Assembly: GCA_014905635.1 (NCBI GenBank)
Contig: JABVCE010000017.1
Location: forward strand, 248,001 to 312,000
DNA length: 64,000 bases
Direction: 5' to 3'
Source: Scenedesmus sp. PABB004
Taxonomy: Eukaryota
Made by a program: the position numbers and the translations under genes. Of this stretch, positions 11,015 to 22,519 are shown in pieces (the first letter of the stretch is position 1; each line of letters starts with the position of its first letter). Below the pieces are notes generated by a model that had not been told where the DNA came from, made no database searches, and worked only from the letters and a program-made list of their open reading frames with translations.

Positions 11015-13121
11015 ATGGCGGAGGGGGTGGGCGCGTCGGACGCCGGCGCCGGCGACGCGGGGGCGAGCCCGCCAGCGCCGGAGGCGGGCGCGGACGGGGG
11101 CATGGTGGCCACAGGCCGGCCGGCCGCGCCGAGCAGCGGCCCGCACGCCGACCAGGCGGGCCCAACCGGTGCAGAGAGCGCCCCTGACGCCGGGGAGGGC
11201 GCCACAGACACCGGGAAGGCGGCCAAGCCCAAGAAAATCCCCAAGTGCCAGGCGAGGCGGCGCGCGGCGCGGCGCCGGGGCGGCGGCGGAGCGCGCTGCA
11301 CGGCCGTGGAGCGTGGCCGCGATGCGGGGCCCCCGGGGGTGCCGGCGCGGCGCCCGGCGCGCCGCCGACGTGGCGCGACGCCCCACCGGCCCGCCCCGCC
11401 GCCGCAGGTGCCCGGCTGCGACGCGGACCTGATGCTGCAGCGCACGTACAACCAGCGCCACAAGATCTGCCAGATACACGTGGCCGCCGACGAGATCACT
11501 GTGCCCGACCCCAAGGCCCAGCAGCGGCTGGCCAAGGAGCGGGACGCCGCCGAGGCGGCCGCGGCGGCCGGCGAGGGCGAGGCGCCGGGCGGCGCCGCCG
11601 CGGACGGTGGCGCCGCCGGGGAGGAGGACGCCGCGGGCGAGGGTGAGGCCGCCCGCAGCGGCGCCGACGGCGAGGGCAGCGTCGGCGCCAGCAGCAGCAG
11701 CAGCGGCGGCGGCAGCGGCGACGAGGACGGCGAGGCGCGCGAGGGCAGCCCGGGCCGCAGCAAGTCCGCGGGCGGCGCAGACAGCCAGGCGGGCGAGGGC
11801 AGCCGGGGCGCCAGCCAGCGCGCGGCCGCGGCCGACCAGGGCAGCGACGCGCCGGCTGCGGACGGCGCCGAGGCCGAGCCGGGCGCGTCGGGCGGCGAGG
11901 CGGCGCGCGGCGAGGCAGCGAGCGACGAGGCGGCGCGCGGCGACGATGCCGGCGCCAGCGGCGGCGCGGTCGCGGCGCCCAGCGCCAACAAGCGCAAGCG
12001 CAAGCGCCCGCCGCCGCCGCGCGAGGACGGGCAGGCGCCGCCGCCGCCGCCGCCGCGCGCGCCGGACGGCGGCGCCGACGCGCCGCGCGGCGCCGGCGAC
12101 ACGCCGGACGCGGGCGGCGCGGAGGACGCTGACGTACCGACGATCCAAGTGCGCTGGTGCCAGCAGTGCGGCCGGCTGGAGCGCGTTCAGCTCTTCGACG
12201 GCACCAAGCGGTGAGCGCGCGGCGCGGCGCGCAAGCCGGGGCTGCCGCCACGCGCGCGCCGGGGGGCGCTGCGGCACGCTCACCATCTTCCGCGTGTGTG
12301 CGCGCGGCCCGCCGCCGCCGCAGGAGCTGCCGCAGCCAGCTGCAGAAGCATAACAGCCGGCGCCGCGCGGGGCTCAAGTCCGCCCGGCGCCCGGCCTCCA
12401 AGGCCAAGGCCAAGGACGGGGGCAAGCCCGGCGGGCCGGCAAAGCCCAAGCCGGCGAAGCGCGCGCCGGACTTTGCGGCGCCGCCGCCCAAGCGCGGCCG
12501 TGTGGTGGACGCCGCGGCGGTGTACGTGCCGCAGCACGGTGGCGGCGACGGGTTCTTGGCCCACGGCGACCCCGCCGCCGTCGCCGCGCACGCGGCGGCG
12601 TGGGACGCCGCGTTTGCCGCTGCGGGCGGCGCCGGGGGCGCCGCGCCGCGCGCCAAGCGGCGCCGCGGCCCCGGCGACCCCACCACCGCCGACCTCCACC
12701 TCCTGAGCTACGTGGCGGAGCACGCCAACGGCGAGCCGCCCCGCGGCGCCGGCCGCGGGCGCGGCTGGGGCGCGGACGGCGCCGGCGGCTGGCCGGGCGG
12801 CGTGGTCGACGCCGCGGCGGCGGCCGCCGCGCCCCGCTTTGATGACTTTGGGCTCGGCGGCGGCGGCGGCGCCGGAGGCGTGGCGGGCTGGGGCGCCGCC
12901 GGGCTGGGCCCCGGCGGCGGCGCGGCCGGCGGCGGCGGACTTGACCAGATCGCCGCCTCGCTGTCAAACATCCTGCAGGGCCGCGCCGGCAGCGGCCAGG
13001 CGGGCGGCCTCGGCGGCCTCGGCGGCCTCGGCGGCCTCGGCGGCCTCGGCGGCCTCGGCGGCCTCGGCGGCCTGGGCAGCTTGGGCGGCCTGGGCGGCCT
13101 GGGCGCGCTGGGCCAGGCGCT

Positions 13122-13195
<74 letters not shown>

Positions 13196-13919
13196 GTTGG
13201 CAGACGGCCCCCTTCAGCAGCTGCTGCTGGGTGCTGTGGCGCCGCAGGCGGGCGCGCGGCTGACCAGCGCCGACCACTCTGGCAGCGGCGCGCTGGGCTC
13301 GGACGTCTCGCTCGCCGGGGGCAGCCAGGGCGGCGGCGGCCTGCTGTCGCGGCTGCGGGAGCTGCGTTCGCTGCAGACGCAGCAGCAAAACCTGCTGCAG
13401 GCGACCGCGGCGGCGGCGGCGGCGGTGTCCTCGGGCGCCCTGCCCGCCGCCGCGCAGCAGCTGAGTGGCCTGGGGGCCATGCTGCCGCCGCTCGCGGCGG
13501 CGGGCGGCGCAGCAGCGCGCGGCGGCGCCGGCGCCGCGCCGCGCGGCGCCGCGCCCTCGGCGGGCGCTGCGCCCGCGCCGGCACCGACGACGACGACCAA
13601 CACCAGCGGCTCCGGCGGCACCGAGGCGATCGCCACGAAGCAGCAGCTGCTGGGCGAGCTCATCCAGCTCATGTATGAAGAGCAGCTCCTGGAGCAGCAG
13701 CTCAGCGAGCAGCAGCTGCAGAAGAAGCGGCAGCAGGAGCAGCTGCAGGCGCAGCTGGACGAGCTGCAGGCGCAGCTCGTCGCGCAGCAGGCGCAGCTGC
13801 AGCAGGAGATGGCCTACGAGGCTGCCGCGCAGGCGGCGGCCGCGGGCGACGGCGCGCAGCCGCGCGGGGCGGCGCAGCCGGCGCTGCAACAGCAGCAGCA
13901 GCAGCAGCAGCACCAGCAC

Positions 13920-13957
<38 letters not shown>

Positions 13958-14589
13958 CTCGCTGCTCGCGCAGCTGCAGCAGGCGCAGCAGGCGCAGCGC
14001 CCGGCGGCGGGCGCCGGCGGCCGCACGCCGCCGGCGGCCGCCACGCCGCCGGCGTCGGCCGGCGAGGACGCGGCGCTCGCTGCGGCGGCGGCGGCCACGG
14101 CGCTCATCTGCGGCGAGCCGCTGCCGGGCGCCGGGCGCGCGCTGGGCGCGCTGCCCCCCGGCCGCGCGCCGCGCCCGGCGCCGGCGCGCAGGGCGGCGGC
14201 ACCGGCGGCGGCGGCGGCGGCGCAGGGCTGTTCACGGAGGATGAGAACGATCTGGAGCTCATCATGCTGCTGGAGCTGCAGAAGGCTGAGCAGGAGGCGC
14301 AGGAGGCGGCGGCGGGCGCGGCGCCCGCGCCCGGGGCCGCGGCGCCCGGCGGGCCCCGCGGCGGCGCGCGCGCGGGGGCGCCGCGGCGGCCGCGCAGGAG
14401 CGGCCGGCGCAGCTGCTGCAGCTGCTTCAGCAGCTCATGCAGGAGCAGGGCGGCGGCGCCGGCGGCGGCGGCGGCGGCCCGGCGGCGGCGGGCGCTGAGT
14501 ATGATCTGGCCTCGCTGGCCCAGACGTTCATCCCCCCCGCCGCGGGGGGCCTGTCGGCGCTGGCGCTGCCGCGCGGCGCGGGGCTGTGA
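11015..14589 (+). CDS. SBP (SQUAMOSA promoter-binding) domain transcription factor with long Gly/Gln-rich C-terminus
   Basis: KCQ|VPGCDADL...YNQRHKICQIH ... RWCQQCGRLERVQLFDGTKR|SCRSQLQKHNSRRR. Introns 11252-11407 (GC-AG) and 12211-12323. The tail carries apparent frameshifts at ~13195 and ~14150-14400. Confidence 0.88.
13003..13196 (+). repeat. Coding (GGCGGCCTC)n Gly-Gly-Leu repeat followed by a (GGC/GCG)n run
   Basis: Directly visible tandem 9-mer and trinucleotide runs. Confidence 0.9.
13887..13957 (+). repeat. CAG/CAC poly-Gln/His tract in the SBP gene
   Basis: Encodes a run of Gln interrupted by HQHQH. Confidence 0.9.
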
Positions 14590-15178
14590 CGGTCGGGGGC
14601 GGGCGGGACGGAGGGGGCACGCGCTCGGCGCGCTGGGGCGGCGTGCGCAGCGCTCCCTGCTTGGGCTGCTCGCGGCGCGCGGGTCTCTCTCTCTGCGCGC
14701 GTCGCCCGTTTGGGCGACTTGAACTCAATGCGCTGCCTTCCTTGTTGCAGGCCTGCCATGACCCGCGGGGGGCGGCACTTGGCGGCGGGCACGCGCAGGT
14801 CCGTATGCTATGCTGCTGACGCACTGAAGCCGAGCACCGCACTGGTGGGTGGGGCGAGCGATGAATGCTTCACGGCGGGTAAGGACGAGCAACCGGCGCC
14901 GCCGACCGCTGACCGCAGCAGCTCACCCGGCAGCGTGCCGGCAGCAGCTCCGCCGCTGCCCTGCGTTGGCAGATGTTCTCCGAGTGCTCGCTGTCGGGGG
15001 CGCCGCGGCCCACGGGGCGGCCGATTGAAGGGGCGTCATCTGCGTTGGTTGGGGGCCGCTGCACCGCCGCGGCTGCCTCCTGCGCAGCCCGCCGTGCCGC
15101 CACTCGCCCGCCGCGCGCGCATGCCGCGCTGACACGAGCCCTAGAAGCCATGCACCACTAGCCGCGGCGTTGCAATCG

Positions 15179-15648
15179 ATGGCGGGGCGCGCGTTGTTGA
15201 GTTGGCCAGCGCCTGCGCCGGCGGCCCGCCCACTCTTCGGCCCGGCAGATCGCGACGCCACGAGCGCGTGGCTGGACGCGATGGAGAAGCAGGTGCGGTG
15301 GCGGCAGCGCCCCGTGGCTCGCCAGCGGCTCGCCGCGCGCCGCGGCCGCCGCGCCAGACTCGGCGCGTGCCGCGGCCCCGCGCAGATGAAGCAGCGAGTG
15401 GAGGCGGCTGCCCAACGGCCGCAGCCGGCCGCGCTGGCAGCGGCGGGCAAGCTGCAGCCGTGCACCGGCGGCGCGGAGCTCGGCGGTTGCCCCGGCGTCG
15501 TGCGGCGGCCGAGCGCGGAGCAGCACCAGGTGCGCCGGCGCCGCGCGCTGCGGTGCGCCACGGACCTCGGTGCCGCGCAGGGGGGGTGCTGACGCCTGCT
15601 CCTCCCGCGCAGGCGCCGCACACCCCGCCGCTGCTGTCGACGCGGTGA
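15179..15648 (+). CDS. Small (~97 aa) three-exon hypothetical protein with RPLFGP motif
   Basis: Exons 15179-15292, 15386-15529 and 15613-15648 with CAG|GTGCG donors and CGCAG acceptors like those of neighbouring genes. Reads MAGRALLSWPAPAPAARPLFGPADRDATSAWLDAMEKQ|MKQRVEAAAQR... Confidence 0.45.
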
Positions 15649-17157
15649 CGCGGTGCGGTTTGTGGGCGCTTGGACGCGCGAGGACGCGCCCCCCTCCAAC
15701 AGCACTGGCGGCAGCAGCAGCAGCGCTGCGGCAGGCGCGCCGCGCCGTGCGCCTGCGGCCTGGCGGCTGCTGCCGCGCCGCCGCGCGCCACGCTCTGCTT
15801 GCGCGGTCACGCGAGCGGCGGCGCACGCTTGGCTCGCATCCGACCCGGGCTGGGAGAGAAGTGGGATTCTGGGTGGGCCTGCGTGTCGCATGATCGCCCA
15901 CCATCATGCCCCGGGCGCCGCCCCGGCGCGCGCCAGCCGCGCCCGCCGGCGCGCCCGGCGCGGCCCCCCGCCGCCCCCGCCGCCGCCGCCGGCCGAGAGG
16001 GCCTGGGCCCCCCCGCGCGGCGCGCGGGGCTGCGGGGGCCACAATAAAGCTTGACTGCGCCGGCTTGGTGCGCGCCCGCCCCCGAGGCCTGACCCCGCCG
16101 TTTGTGCGCGCTGATGCGCCGGCTGCCTTTTTTTCGCTTATATATGACCCCCCCGTCGGTCTGCCCACCGCTCAGGCGCGATGGTGGCCCGGCGCCAGCC
16201 AATGCCGCCGGCGCGGCAGGCCACCGCAGGACCGCCGCACCGCTCACACTGACGCAGGTGGGATGCGACGGACGGCGCGCCGCGCGGCCGGCACGACCGC
16301 CGGCCGCGCGGCCGCCCTGACGCTGCGTGACCAGCTAGTGACGCCCCCGCGTGGGCGCAGGGCTGACTCGTCCCTGCTGTGTTTTTTTTCGCGCCCGCGC
16401 GGCGCACTAAGGGAATGGCGCGGCTTGCACGACTGTCTGCTTCCTAGTCTGTCCCGCGACGCCTGAGGCTGCTGGCGCATCCCAGACCATCCCTTGCTGC
16501 ATTGGGCCGGCGCCGTGTGCGCAGCGCGCGCGCGCGGCCCTCTCCTGTGCGCGGCCGTGTGGGGCTCCCCCTCGGCCGGCGCCTTATCATCAGCACGCGC
16601 GGCTCCCCGCGGCGTCGCCTGCGAGCGTGGGTGGGGGACGGCGTGCGCCGCCGCGACCGCGGCCGCGCTGCGTGTCGGCTCTGCCCGTGACCCCTGACAT
16701 CTCCTGCGTGGGCCGTGCTGGCTTTTTTCCGATAGGCTGCGGCTGCTGCTGGCGGCGACCGCCGCTGGCTTGGCCCGACTGCCTCGCCCTTGGCGGCACT
16801 GACAGACAGACAGACAGACCGGCTCCCCGCGACGCGATTGATTGGTGCTGGTGCCATAGCGGTGGTGACAGTGCTTGGCCAGGCGGCACATGCCGCCGGC
16901 GCTAGGAAACCCTCACACACTGCACGCACGCACGCGGGCGAGATTCGGCCCCACCCCGGCCAGATTCGGCCCCACCCCCGCCCTCCCTCTGCTTCTGGAG
17001 GACAGGGCCTCGCATCGACACTGCTCTGCGCGGCGCCGTGTGGGTCCGTGGGGCTCGGACTGCCTGGACTGTCTTGGGTGTGTGTTGTCCCAACGGGCTC
17101 GGACCGCCTTGCGTCATCTGTGTGTCACGCGCCGTGGGCTTGGCGGCGGTGTGTTCG

Positions 17158-17571
17158 CGTCTGGGCGCCGGCCGGCCGGCCCGCAGCGCGCGCTGCGTGC
17201 AAGAGTGTGCGCGCGCGTCGGCGCCGGCGGCCGCGGCGGCGGCGCGCGTTTGATGGGGGCGCGCCCGGCGGCTGATCGCGGCCCCGCGGCCTCAACCAAC
17301 CGGGGGCCTGTCTCGAGTGCTGCACACAACCACCAACAGACACGCGCGTGCGTGTCGGCGCCGGCGGCGGGCGGCCTCGCGTTTGTCGTCTGTGTCTGGG
17401 CGCCGGCCGACCCGCCCGCCGCGCGTGCTGGCGTGTGCATGTCTGCGCGTCGGCGGCGCGTTTGATGCGGGTGCGCCTGCCAGCGGCTGATCGCGGCCCG
17501 GCAGCACCCGCCCGCCTGCCTGCGCCTCGTTCGTCTGGGGCCCCGCGTCTCGAGTGCTGCACAACAACCAT
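17158..17571. repeat. Degenerate direct repeat, two copies of ~175 bp (period ~235 bp), in a gene-free interval
   Basis: The ordered blocks TCTGGGCGCCGGCCG, GCGCGTCGGCG, GCGCGTTTGATG, GCGGCTGATCGCGGCCC and GTCTCGAGTGCTGCACA are shared between ~17160-17335 and ~17395-17570. Confidence 0.8.
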
Positions 17572-18565
17572 GGAGCGCCTGCACGTGTGCGAGCGGACGC
17601 TGGTGGCGGACGGACGGCGGCGCTCGCCGCCGCTGCGGGAGGCCGCTGCTGACCGGCGGCGGCGCGGGGCGCCGGTGGCGGCGGGCGGGGCCTGCCTGCG
17701 TGCCGGTGGGCTGGGGCTGGGGCGGCGGCGCGCTGGGTAACTCTGAGCGGGCGCCGGCGTGGCGTTATCGACGGCGCGTTACGCACACGTATCACCGCGC
17801 CCCTCCCTCCCCGCTCGCGCAGCCGGCGCGGCAGTCAATGAAACGCGTGCGCGCGCGCGCGCGGCCCGTTGGCGCTCGCGCGTGCGTGCGTGAGGGCTGA
17901 GAATGGTAGGGAGGTTAAAAAGGGTTTGTTTGTTGGTGGCCGGTCGCGCCCCCGCCGGTCGATGATGAAACGTGACATGTTCCCATGTATGTCCAGCCAG
18001 CCGTGCACAAGCGAGTTCACAGCCTCCATCCATCGGTCGGCCCAGTTGCTGCTGCTTGAAACGAAAACACACGCACGCGCGGGCGCGCGCGCGGTGCAAG
18101 CCGCTGTGCCTTGCCGCCGCCGGCGGTGCGGCGCGCCGCGCCGTGGGCGGCCCGCGCGCGCGCGGCGCGGGCGGCGCGCCCGCCCGCGGTGTATGCGCGC
18201 GCGGGCTGGCGCGGCGCGCCGCACGCGCGCGCCCGCTCTGTGGGGATGTACGCAGAGGACGCACACCGCAGCACGCACCCCCCGCGAGGCGGGCCGCCGC
18301 GGCCCCCCTCACACACAACACACAGCACGCGGGCGTGGCCCCGCCGCGCCGCGCCGGCCAGGCAGCCAGCGGCGGCGCGGGCGCGGGCGCCGCGCGGCGG
18401 CGGCGGCGCGCGCGCGCGCGCTACGCCTGCAGCGCGCGCGCGCGCGCGCGCCGCGCCGCGCCCGCGCGCCGCGGGGCCCGTCCCCCCGTCCTCCTCGTCC
18501 TCCCCCGCGCCACCACGCGCCCCGCCAAACCGCCGCGTCGCCGCGGGGTTTACCGGCGGGCGGGT

Positions 18566-21500
18566 TTACTGGTCGTCGGGGTTGCCGTCAGCGCCCAGGT
18601 AGGCGTTACGGATAGAGTCGGAGTACACGGTGTTGGTGGGGTAGTAGATGAGAGCGTTGGAGCCGGCCAGGTTGGCCGCGGCGGCGTTGGAGGTGGTGCC
18701 GAGCGACGCGCCGCTGTTGACGGCCTGCAGGATCGCCGCGGACGACGCCTGCGGCGGGCGGCGGGCGGGAGGGAGGGAGGGCGGGGGAGAGGGGCGCGCG
18801 CGCGTGAGCGATGCGCGGGCGAGCAGGCGCGGCGCGGCGGCGCGCGCGCGGCTGAGAGAGCCGTGCCCCGGCCCCGCCCCGCGCTCGTCACTACCTACTC
18901 ACCCCGAGGTTGATGGTGTCGCCGTAGTTGGCGGCGCCGCGCTGCAGCAGCTTGCGGCCGCCCGCCGACGCCAGGGGGTGGCTCACGGTCGGCTTGGAGA
19001 CCGACACGGTCACCTTGGACGTGCTCACGGTCGGCTTGGCGGGGATCGACGGGAGCTTGATCGTGGGGATGGTCACGGTGGGCTTGGTGATGGTGGGGAG
19101 CTTGATGTCCGGCACCTTGAAGTCGGGGATCTTGATGGCGGGCTTGGCCACCGCGGGCGCGGGCGCGGCCACGGCCTTGGCGGGGAGCTTCACCGTCAGC
19201 TTGACGCCGAACTTGCCGCCGCCGATCGACAGGGTCTTGCCCTCGGCGGGCGCGGCGGCCTCGGCGGGCTTGGCGGCGGCGGGCGCGGCGACGCCCTCGG
19301 CGGCGGCGTGCTCGGCGTCGGTCTCCATCGCGGTCGCGGCGCCGGCCTTGGGCAGCAGCACGCGGTCGATGATCTGGAAGGTGGACTGCGGGCGCGGCAC
19401 GTAAGGGGAGGCAGGGCGGGAGAGGGAGAGGGAGGCAGAGCGGGCGGGGAGGGGGCATGTCAGGCGGCGGCGCGCGAGTCTGGCGCGGCGCGACGCGGCG
19501 CGCGAGCCTGGCGCAGCAGGCGGGGCGGGGCAGGCGGGGCAAGGCGGCGGCGGTGCAGCAGGCGTGCCTTGGAGACGAACACGTTGGGCTGCACGATGGT
19601 GGCCTTGTTGCCGTTGGCGTCGACCACGGTCGCCACGCCGACGGTCATGCCGCTGCGCGCGTTCTTCTCGCCGCTGCGCGGGAGGAGAGGGAGGAGGAGG
19701 CGGCACGGGGCAGGGCGGGGGCGGGGGCGGGGGGGGGGGGGGGTGAGCGCGGGCGCGGGGCGGCGCGCCAGGGGCGTGCGCGGGCTGGGCGCGGCGGCGC
19801 GGGTGCGGGCGTGGGCGCGTGCCAGCGCGGCGGCGGGCGCGCGGACCTGGTGGAGAGCTCGATGGTGATGTCCTGGCCCTGCAGGGTCTTGAGCTTCTCG
19901 CCGGAGGTCACGCCGCCGGGGATGATGCGCGCGCCGTGGACGACGTGGTACTTGAGCACCGCTGCGGGAGGCGACGGGAGGGAGGAAGAGGGGAGAGGGG
20001 CAGGGCGGGGCGGGGCAGGGCGGCGGCGTGTGTTTAGTCGAAAGGGAGAGACGCTCTCGCGCAGAGGGGGCGGGCGGCGCGGCGAGAGAGGAGGGGCGGC
20101 GCGCGACGCAAAAGCGGCGGCGGCGGCGGCGGCGGCGGCGCACCCTCGATGTCGGCGGCGGGCACGTCGAGGGAGATGCCGCTCTCCTTGAACGCGGCGT
20201 TGGTGGGCAGGAACACGGTGTCGGAGAAGCCCTCGGCGGTGATGGTGCCGGCCATGCCGGCCTTCTCGGTCGCCTTGAGCGCGGTGGAGAAGTAGCCGGG
20301 CAGGATCTTGGCCATGGTCTTGAAGCTCGCCCAGTACGCGCCTGAGAGGTTTGGGTGTGGTTTGGGAGTCGAGAGAGGGAGGGGGCGGCGGGGCGGGCGG
20401 TGAGGAGATGCGGGGAGGGAGGCGAGGCGCGGCGGCTGCGCGCGCGGCGCAGCCCAGCGCGGCGCGGCACGCGCGCGGCCGAGCACACACGCGGCACGCG
20501 AGCACACACAGCGCACACGCAGCACGCGAGAGCACAGCACACGCGCGGCGCACGGGCGGCGGCGCGCACCGGACATGAGCACGCGGTCGATGACGTGAAC
20601 GTTGTGGGAGCCGACCTTGGCGAGGTTGGCCTTGATCACGGTCGCGGTGTTCTTCTGGAAGTCCTCGACCGTCACCATGCCGTCGGGGCCCTCAGACATG
20701 ATGAGGTCCCAGGGAGCAACCGCGGTCTTGACGATCACGCGCTTGCTCTGCGCGTGCGGGTGTGTGTGTGTGTGCGGGTGCGGGTGCGTGTGGGCCGCGT
20801 GAGGGAGGAGCGCGGGCGCGGCGCGCGGGGCGCGGCGGCGCGGCGGCGCGCCGCTGGCCGCCGGCCCGCGAGGGCGCCGCGCGGGCGGGGGGCGAAAACG
20901 CAGGGAGCAGCAGAGCCGCCCACCTTGGCGAAGAGCGCCTCCTTGGTGAGGGCCTCGCCGACGATGAGGTGATAGCCGAGGATGGCGTCGCAGAGCGCCT
21001 CGTTGGCCTTGAGGTCCTCGATGGTGATGCCCATCTCGGTCAGGAACGACTCCAGGGCCTGGGCGGTTGAGCGCGGGGCGCGGCGGGGCGGCGGGCGTGA
21101 GGCGGCCGGGGCGTGCGAGGCGGCCGCGGCGGCGGCGGCGCGGAGAGAATAGGGCGGCGGCGGGCGCGCGGGGCTCACCGCGTTGGTGGGCGCCAGCACG
21201 GTCACGACGGCGTCGTTGGCGGCGAGGGCCTTGTCGGCGCCGGCCATCTCGGCGAGCTGCTTGAACAGCGACAGGTCGGCCTTGGTGATGTCGTCCATGG
21301 CGCTGATGCCGCCCTGGGCCCTGGCCTGCGGAGAGCGGGAAGGAGGGGCGGCGGTGCGCGGCGTGGGCGCGTCGCGCGGGCGCGCGGGGCGGCCGCGGCG
21401 CGGGCCGACGCCGGCGCGGCGTGGGCGCGGGCTGGCGCCCGGCTCGGGCGCGCCCGGCTCGCGGCGCGCGTCGCGATGGGCGGCAATATAAGCGCCTGAG

Positions 21501-21700
21501 CCTCCGCGCGGGCGCGCCGGCACCGGGGGGCCCGGGCGAGCCCGGCAGCTGGCGCGCATGGAGGCGCCATGCGCGGCGGGGGATCCCGGCCCGCGCGGCG
21601 TCGGGAGCTCCCGGCGCGCGGCGCATCGGTCTTGCTGAACTCTGGGGCTTACCGTGGCGGCCAGGCCGAGGAGCACGAGCAGCCCGATGGTGCGCAGCAT
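18566..21700 (-). CDS. Secreted fasciclin (two FAS1 domains) protein with Ala/Pro/Lys-rich linker
   Basis: Signal peptide MLRTIGLLVLLGLAAT. FAS1 motifs TVLAPTNA...ILGYHLI...VHVIDRVL and TVFLPTNAAF...VLKYHVV...FQIIDRVLLP. C-terminus ...GADGNPDDQ* (TAA at 18568-18566). Confidence 0.9.
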
Positions 21701-21877
21701 GGTTGTGTGCTTTCGCGGGGCGCGCGGGGATGATCGGGCGGCGGACGGCGTGTGGTGAGCGTGGCGGAGGCTTGTCGACGGCGGGGGGTGCTTGTGGGGC
21801 GGGCGAGCGGGGGCGGGCCCTTTTCTGCGCGCCCGGGTTGTTGGTCGGCTGAGCAGCCGAGCGGGCACGCGCCCCCG

Positions 21878-21882
21878 TTACA
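21878..21882 (-). promoter_or_regulatory. TGTAA candidate polyadenylation signal for the HD-domain gene
   Basis: TTACA on the + strand, ~640 nt downstream of the stop at 22520. TGTAA is the established chlorophyte poly(A) signal. Confidence 0.4.
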
Positions 21883-22519
21883 CGCGGTAGAGGGCCGCTG
21901 CGGCGCATTTAGGTGGCGGAAAATGCTCGGGTATTAATGAGCAAGCTCTGGCCGGGTCGGCGGGGCGGTCCGGGCCGCGGGCGCGGAGAGCGCGCGCGAT
22001 GGCGCGCGTTCTCCGCGCCCCCGCCCGCCGTCCGGCCGCGAGCGCCCCGCGCGCGCGCCACAAAAAGCCGTGATCTTACTCTGAGCTCTCCCGACGACCC
22101 GGCGGCCGCTGCCCTTCGCGCGGCGGCGGTCATCTGGGCGGGTAACCTGCCAGGGCTGGCTGCGCGCCGCGCGGCCGCGTGCCGCGCCCCCAGCTCGCGC
22201 GCCGCGGCTCCCGAGTCTGAGAACGGCGTCACGGAGCTCTGACAGCAGGCAGGGGCGCCTCCGGGGGGCGAGGAGGCGGCGGGGTCGGCGTTTATCGACG
22301 GCCGCCTTCCATGCGCGCCAGCCGCGCGCCGCCTCCCCAATCACACCCACAGCTGCCCGCTGCGGCACCCGACACACCCGGCCGCGCCCGGCCGCACGCA
22401 CATCGCACGGAGGCTGCGGCACGCACGGCGTGCGTGCCACTGACCCCCGCACGCGCGCCGGCGCGTCAGCGGCGGGCAGCGGCCGGTGCCGGAAGCAGCA
22501 GCGGGTGACACCTGCGCCG

